A DNA stretch of 32,466 nt from a virus: the IMG/VR virus record IMGVR_UViG_3300049823_000224, positions 1 to 32,466 of that record; one strand, 5' to 3'. How positions within the stretch are numbered: the first letter of the stretch is position 1; every line of letters starts with the position of its first letter. The position numbers were made by a program, and so were the translations under genes. The notes beneath the pieces were generated by a model. The model was not told the origin of the DNA, searched no databases, and saw only the letters and a program-made list of their open reading frames with translations. Positions 30,787-32,466 of the stretch are shown here, one piece after another.

Positions 30787-31422
30787 TTAAATATCTAAAA
30801 CGCGGTTATTCCAAATAGGTTTTTTATCGCCAATGAAGTTATGGGCGATCCGTCGGCCCGGCGCCTCGCCGTGGCCCAATATGCTGCCTAAATCATCGTC
30901 GTGGTCCACTAACGACGGATTTGTATAAAACACAGGCAATCGTTGGCGCATATACGCCCAACCGATACGAAAGTCGTAAAGCTCTTTACGGTCCGACACA
31001 AAGTCCAGCATATCGGCTATATGGTTGGTTGGTATGACGATACAAACGCCCCAGTAGAGCAAATTAGAGCGTAGCCACGACACGTTTTTGGCTTTAGCCA
31101 CTGCTTTGGCCACCCGGTCCGGCAAAGGCCGTGATTGGCCCGTATATAGCGATATAAGCGATTTTACAGGCACGACACTAAGCGCATTTTCCAAATGGGC
31201 GTAAAAATCGGGCGCCAAAATGGCGTCATCTTGCACGACGATGTGCCAATCGCCCTTATCAATGCCGGCCCGCATAGCGCGCTCGCCAGTATGCCACTCA
31301 TCGTTTATTTGGTCCCAAGTAATGCTAACCTCGGCAAAGGGATACTTTTTGAGCTGTCTAGCCAGCGCCTCGGCTTGTTTCTTGCGCCTTTTGTGCGCCA
31401 TAACGGTAATGGTGATATTCAT
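30787..31422 (-). CDS. GT-A-like glycosyltransferase-like protein (211 aa)
   Basis: ITVMAHKRR...WHIVVQDDAILAPDF (DxD-like); ATGA-coupled to the methyltransferase. Confidence 0.5.
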   Translation of the reverse strand: MNITITVMAHKRRKKQAEALARQLKKYPFAEVSITWDQINDEWHTGERAMRAGIDKGDWHIVVQDDAILAPDFYAHLENALSVVPVKSLISLYTGQSRPLPDRVAKAVAKAKNVSWLRSNLLYWGVCIVIPTNHIADMLDFVSDRKELYDFRIGWAYMRQRLPVFYTNPSLVDHDDDLGSILGHGEAPGRRIAHNFIGDKKPIWNNRVLDI

Positions 31423-31958
31423 TGGCCGGCCCTTATGATAGCCGTCATGCTATCGTCTTTATTGTCGGCGTTTCGGAAGTGTGAAACCTCTAATTTAAGC
31501 CGGTCCAGCATTTCAAGCGTCGTATATCGGCTATTTACATACCTCGGCAACAATGAAGTGTGCAAATCCTCCAAAATGTAGTAACCGTTTTTGTTGAGCT
31601 GGTTATAGTACAACCAATAAAAGCTAATTTGCTGATCCAGCGTATAGTGGCTGCCGTCGTCAATGATAATGTCAAAATTGCCTAATTCTTTCAGCGCCTC
31701 TATGTCGGTAGCGTCAATTTTTAATATCTGAACGTCCGAATATTGCAAATGGTCTTTTGGCATAATGTCAATGCCGACAATCTCGGCCTTTGGGTAATAG
31801 TCGCGCCACATTTGAATACTGGCGCCGTCCATTACGCCTATCTCAAGCAACCGACCGCCAAACGTCCGTTTTGGTAGGTGCTTTTGGTAAAAATCCAAAT
31901 ATTTGTGATGTATAGCCTTATCGGTGCCGTAGCGCTCGCCTATCTGCTGTAAAGTCAT
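31419..31958 (-). CDS. Class I SAM-dependent methyltransferase (sugar O-methyltransferase-like)
   Basis: YGTDK..HKYLDFY...LLEIGVMDGASIQMW...IVGIDI...IIIDDGSH. Confidence 0.75.
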   Translation of the reverse strand: MTLQQIGERYGTDKAIHHKYLDFYQKHLPKRTFGGRLLEIGVMDGASIQMWRDYYPKAEIVGIDIMPKDHLQYSDVQILKIDATDIEALKELGNFDIIIDDGSHYTLDQQISFYWLYYNQLNKNGYYILEDLHTSLLPRYVNSRYTTLEMLDRLKLEVSHFRNADNKDDSMTAIIRAGQ

Positions 31959-32466
31959 TTTTTACCATTCCTCGCTAACCACGCCTTGTATTTCGGGTGA
32001 TCCGCGAACTTCTTATGTCCGTATTTGGTATTGAAAATATAGACGTTGCGCCATGTTAGGTCGTCCTGCTCTGTCGGCGCCGCCGTGCGCAAAGTGGCGC
32101 TGGTAACGTGGTCAACCTTGGCGTCGTATACAATCATTGGCTTTATGCCGATTGCCCGGCATTGCTCAATAACCACATCATCGCTACACCAAAAATCCAC
32201 GTCTGTATCAAAGCCGCCTATCTTTTCCCACGTCTTGCGCTTAATCATAAAGCACCAGCCAGACATATGCTTACCGGTGATATAGCCCTCTGTGTTTTTG
32301 GTTATCTCGGCTTGCCGCGGATCATTAGGCTCGCGTGGGCTTACCAGGTCATGGTTGGCGGCCAATAGATGATGTAGCCAGCCGTCATGGAAAACTAAAT
32401 CATTATTGGCTATCATGACCCACTCTGCTTTGCCAAGCCCGGCGCCATGGTTGGCGAACGCGTTGT
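31955..32466 (-). CDS. C-terminal part of the fused double GT2 glycosyltransferase (same gene as 1..932; 32340..32466 duplicates 1..127)
   Basis: IANNDLVFHDGWLHHLL...SGWCFMIKRKTWEKIGGFDTDVDFWCSDDVV, typical GT2. Confidence 0.8.
   Translation of the reverse strand, partial: NAFANHGAGLGKAEWVMIANNDLVFHDGWLHHLLAANHDLVSPREPNDPRQAEITKNTEGYITGKHMSGWCFMIKRKTWEKIGGFDTDVDFWCSDDVVIEQCRAIGIKPMIVYDAKVDHVTSATLRTAAPTEQDDLTWRNVYIFNTKYGHKKFADHPKYKAWLARNGKK
32340..32466. repeat. Terminal exact direct repeat, copy 2 (identical to 1..127)
   Basis: Same 127 nt as the window start; the reading frame of the minus-strand GT gene is continuous across 32339->1. Confidence 0.95.

Noticed and set aside
1-32466. Alternative genetic code or stop-codon reassignment
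   Set aside because: All conserved genes (TerL, portal, capsid, TMP, integrase) are intact under the standard code, and coding density is already high.
1-32466. Diversity-generating retroelement or retron targeting the tail-fibre or repeat genes
   Set aside because: No reverse-transcriptase-like ORF was found, and I saw no template/variable repeat pair elsewhere in the genome.

Overview
The window is a complete, circularly closed dsDNA phage genome of about 32.3 kb. The first 127 bp (1..127) repeat exactly at 32340..32466, so the unique length is 32339 bp. It looks like a temperate siphovirus-type phage. Almost every gene is on the + strand.

Gene layout:
- 1.35-16.4 kb: virion module. It holds neck-like proteins, scaffold, HK97-fold major capsid, Mu F-like minor head protein, portal, adaptor, major tail protein, G/GT tail chaperones with a canonical -1 slippery site, a 911-aa tape measure, Dit, a Tal-like protein and a possible receptor-binding protein.
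- 16.7-18.0 kb: HNH endonuclease, CHAP endolysin and holin.
- 18.0-21.3 kb: packaging block of HNH (- strand), ParB-like protein, TerS and TerL.
- 21.5-23.3 kb: tiny ORFs and non-coding DNA.
- 23.3-29.6 kb: one tightly coupled early operon of about 25 small, mostly unassignable ORFs. These include an 18-bp x15 tandem-repeat beta-helix protein, a HAD-like protein, YopX, a secreted Cys-rich protein and an HExxH protein.
- Minus strand: a XerC/D-type tyrosine recombinase, followed by a glycan-modification cassette (a GT-A-like protein, a SAM methyltransferase and a fused double GT2 that spans the circular junction).

Most notable observations:
- The GT/MT cassette, together with Ser-Ser C-termini on the capsid, tail-tube and adaptor proteins.
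- Extended -10 promoters placed exactly 7 nt upstream of ATGs, which implies leaderless mRNAs.
- Scrambled morphogenesis synteny.
- No recognisable replication or repressor genes.
- Three structured non-coding regions: 1073-1250, 21351-21559 and 22501-22857.

All functional calls come from motif recognition by eye. No database search was run. The host is unknown. A CHAP endolysin and holin without spanins suggests a monoderm-type envelope.
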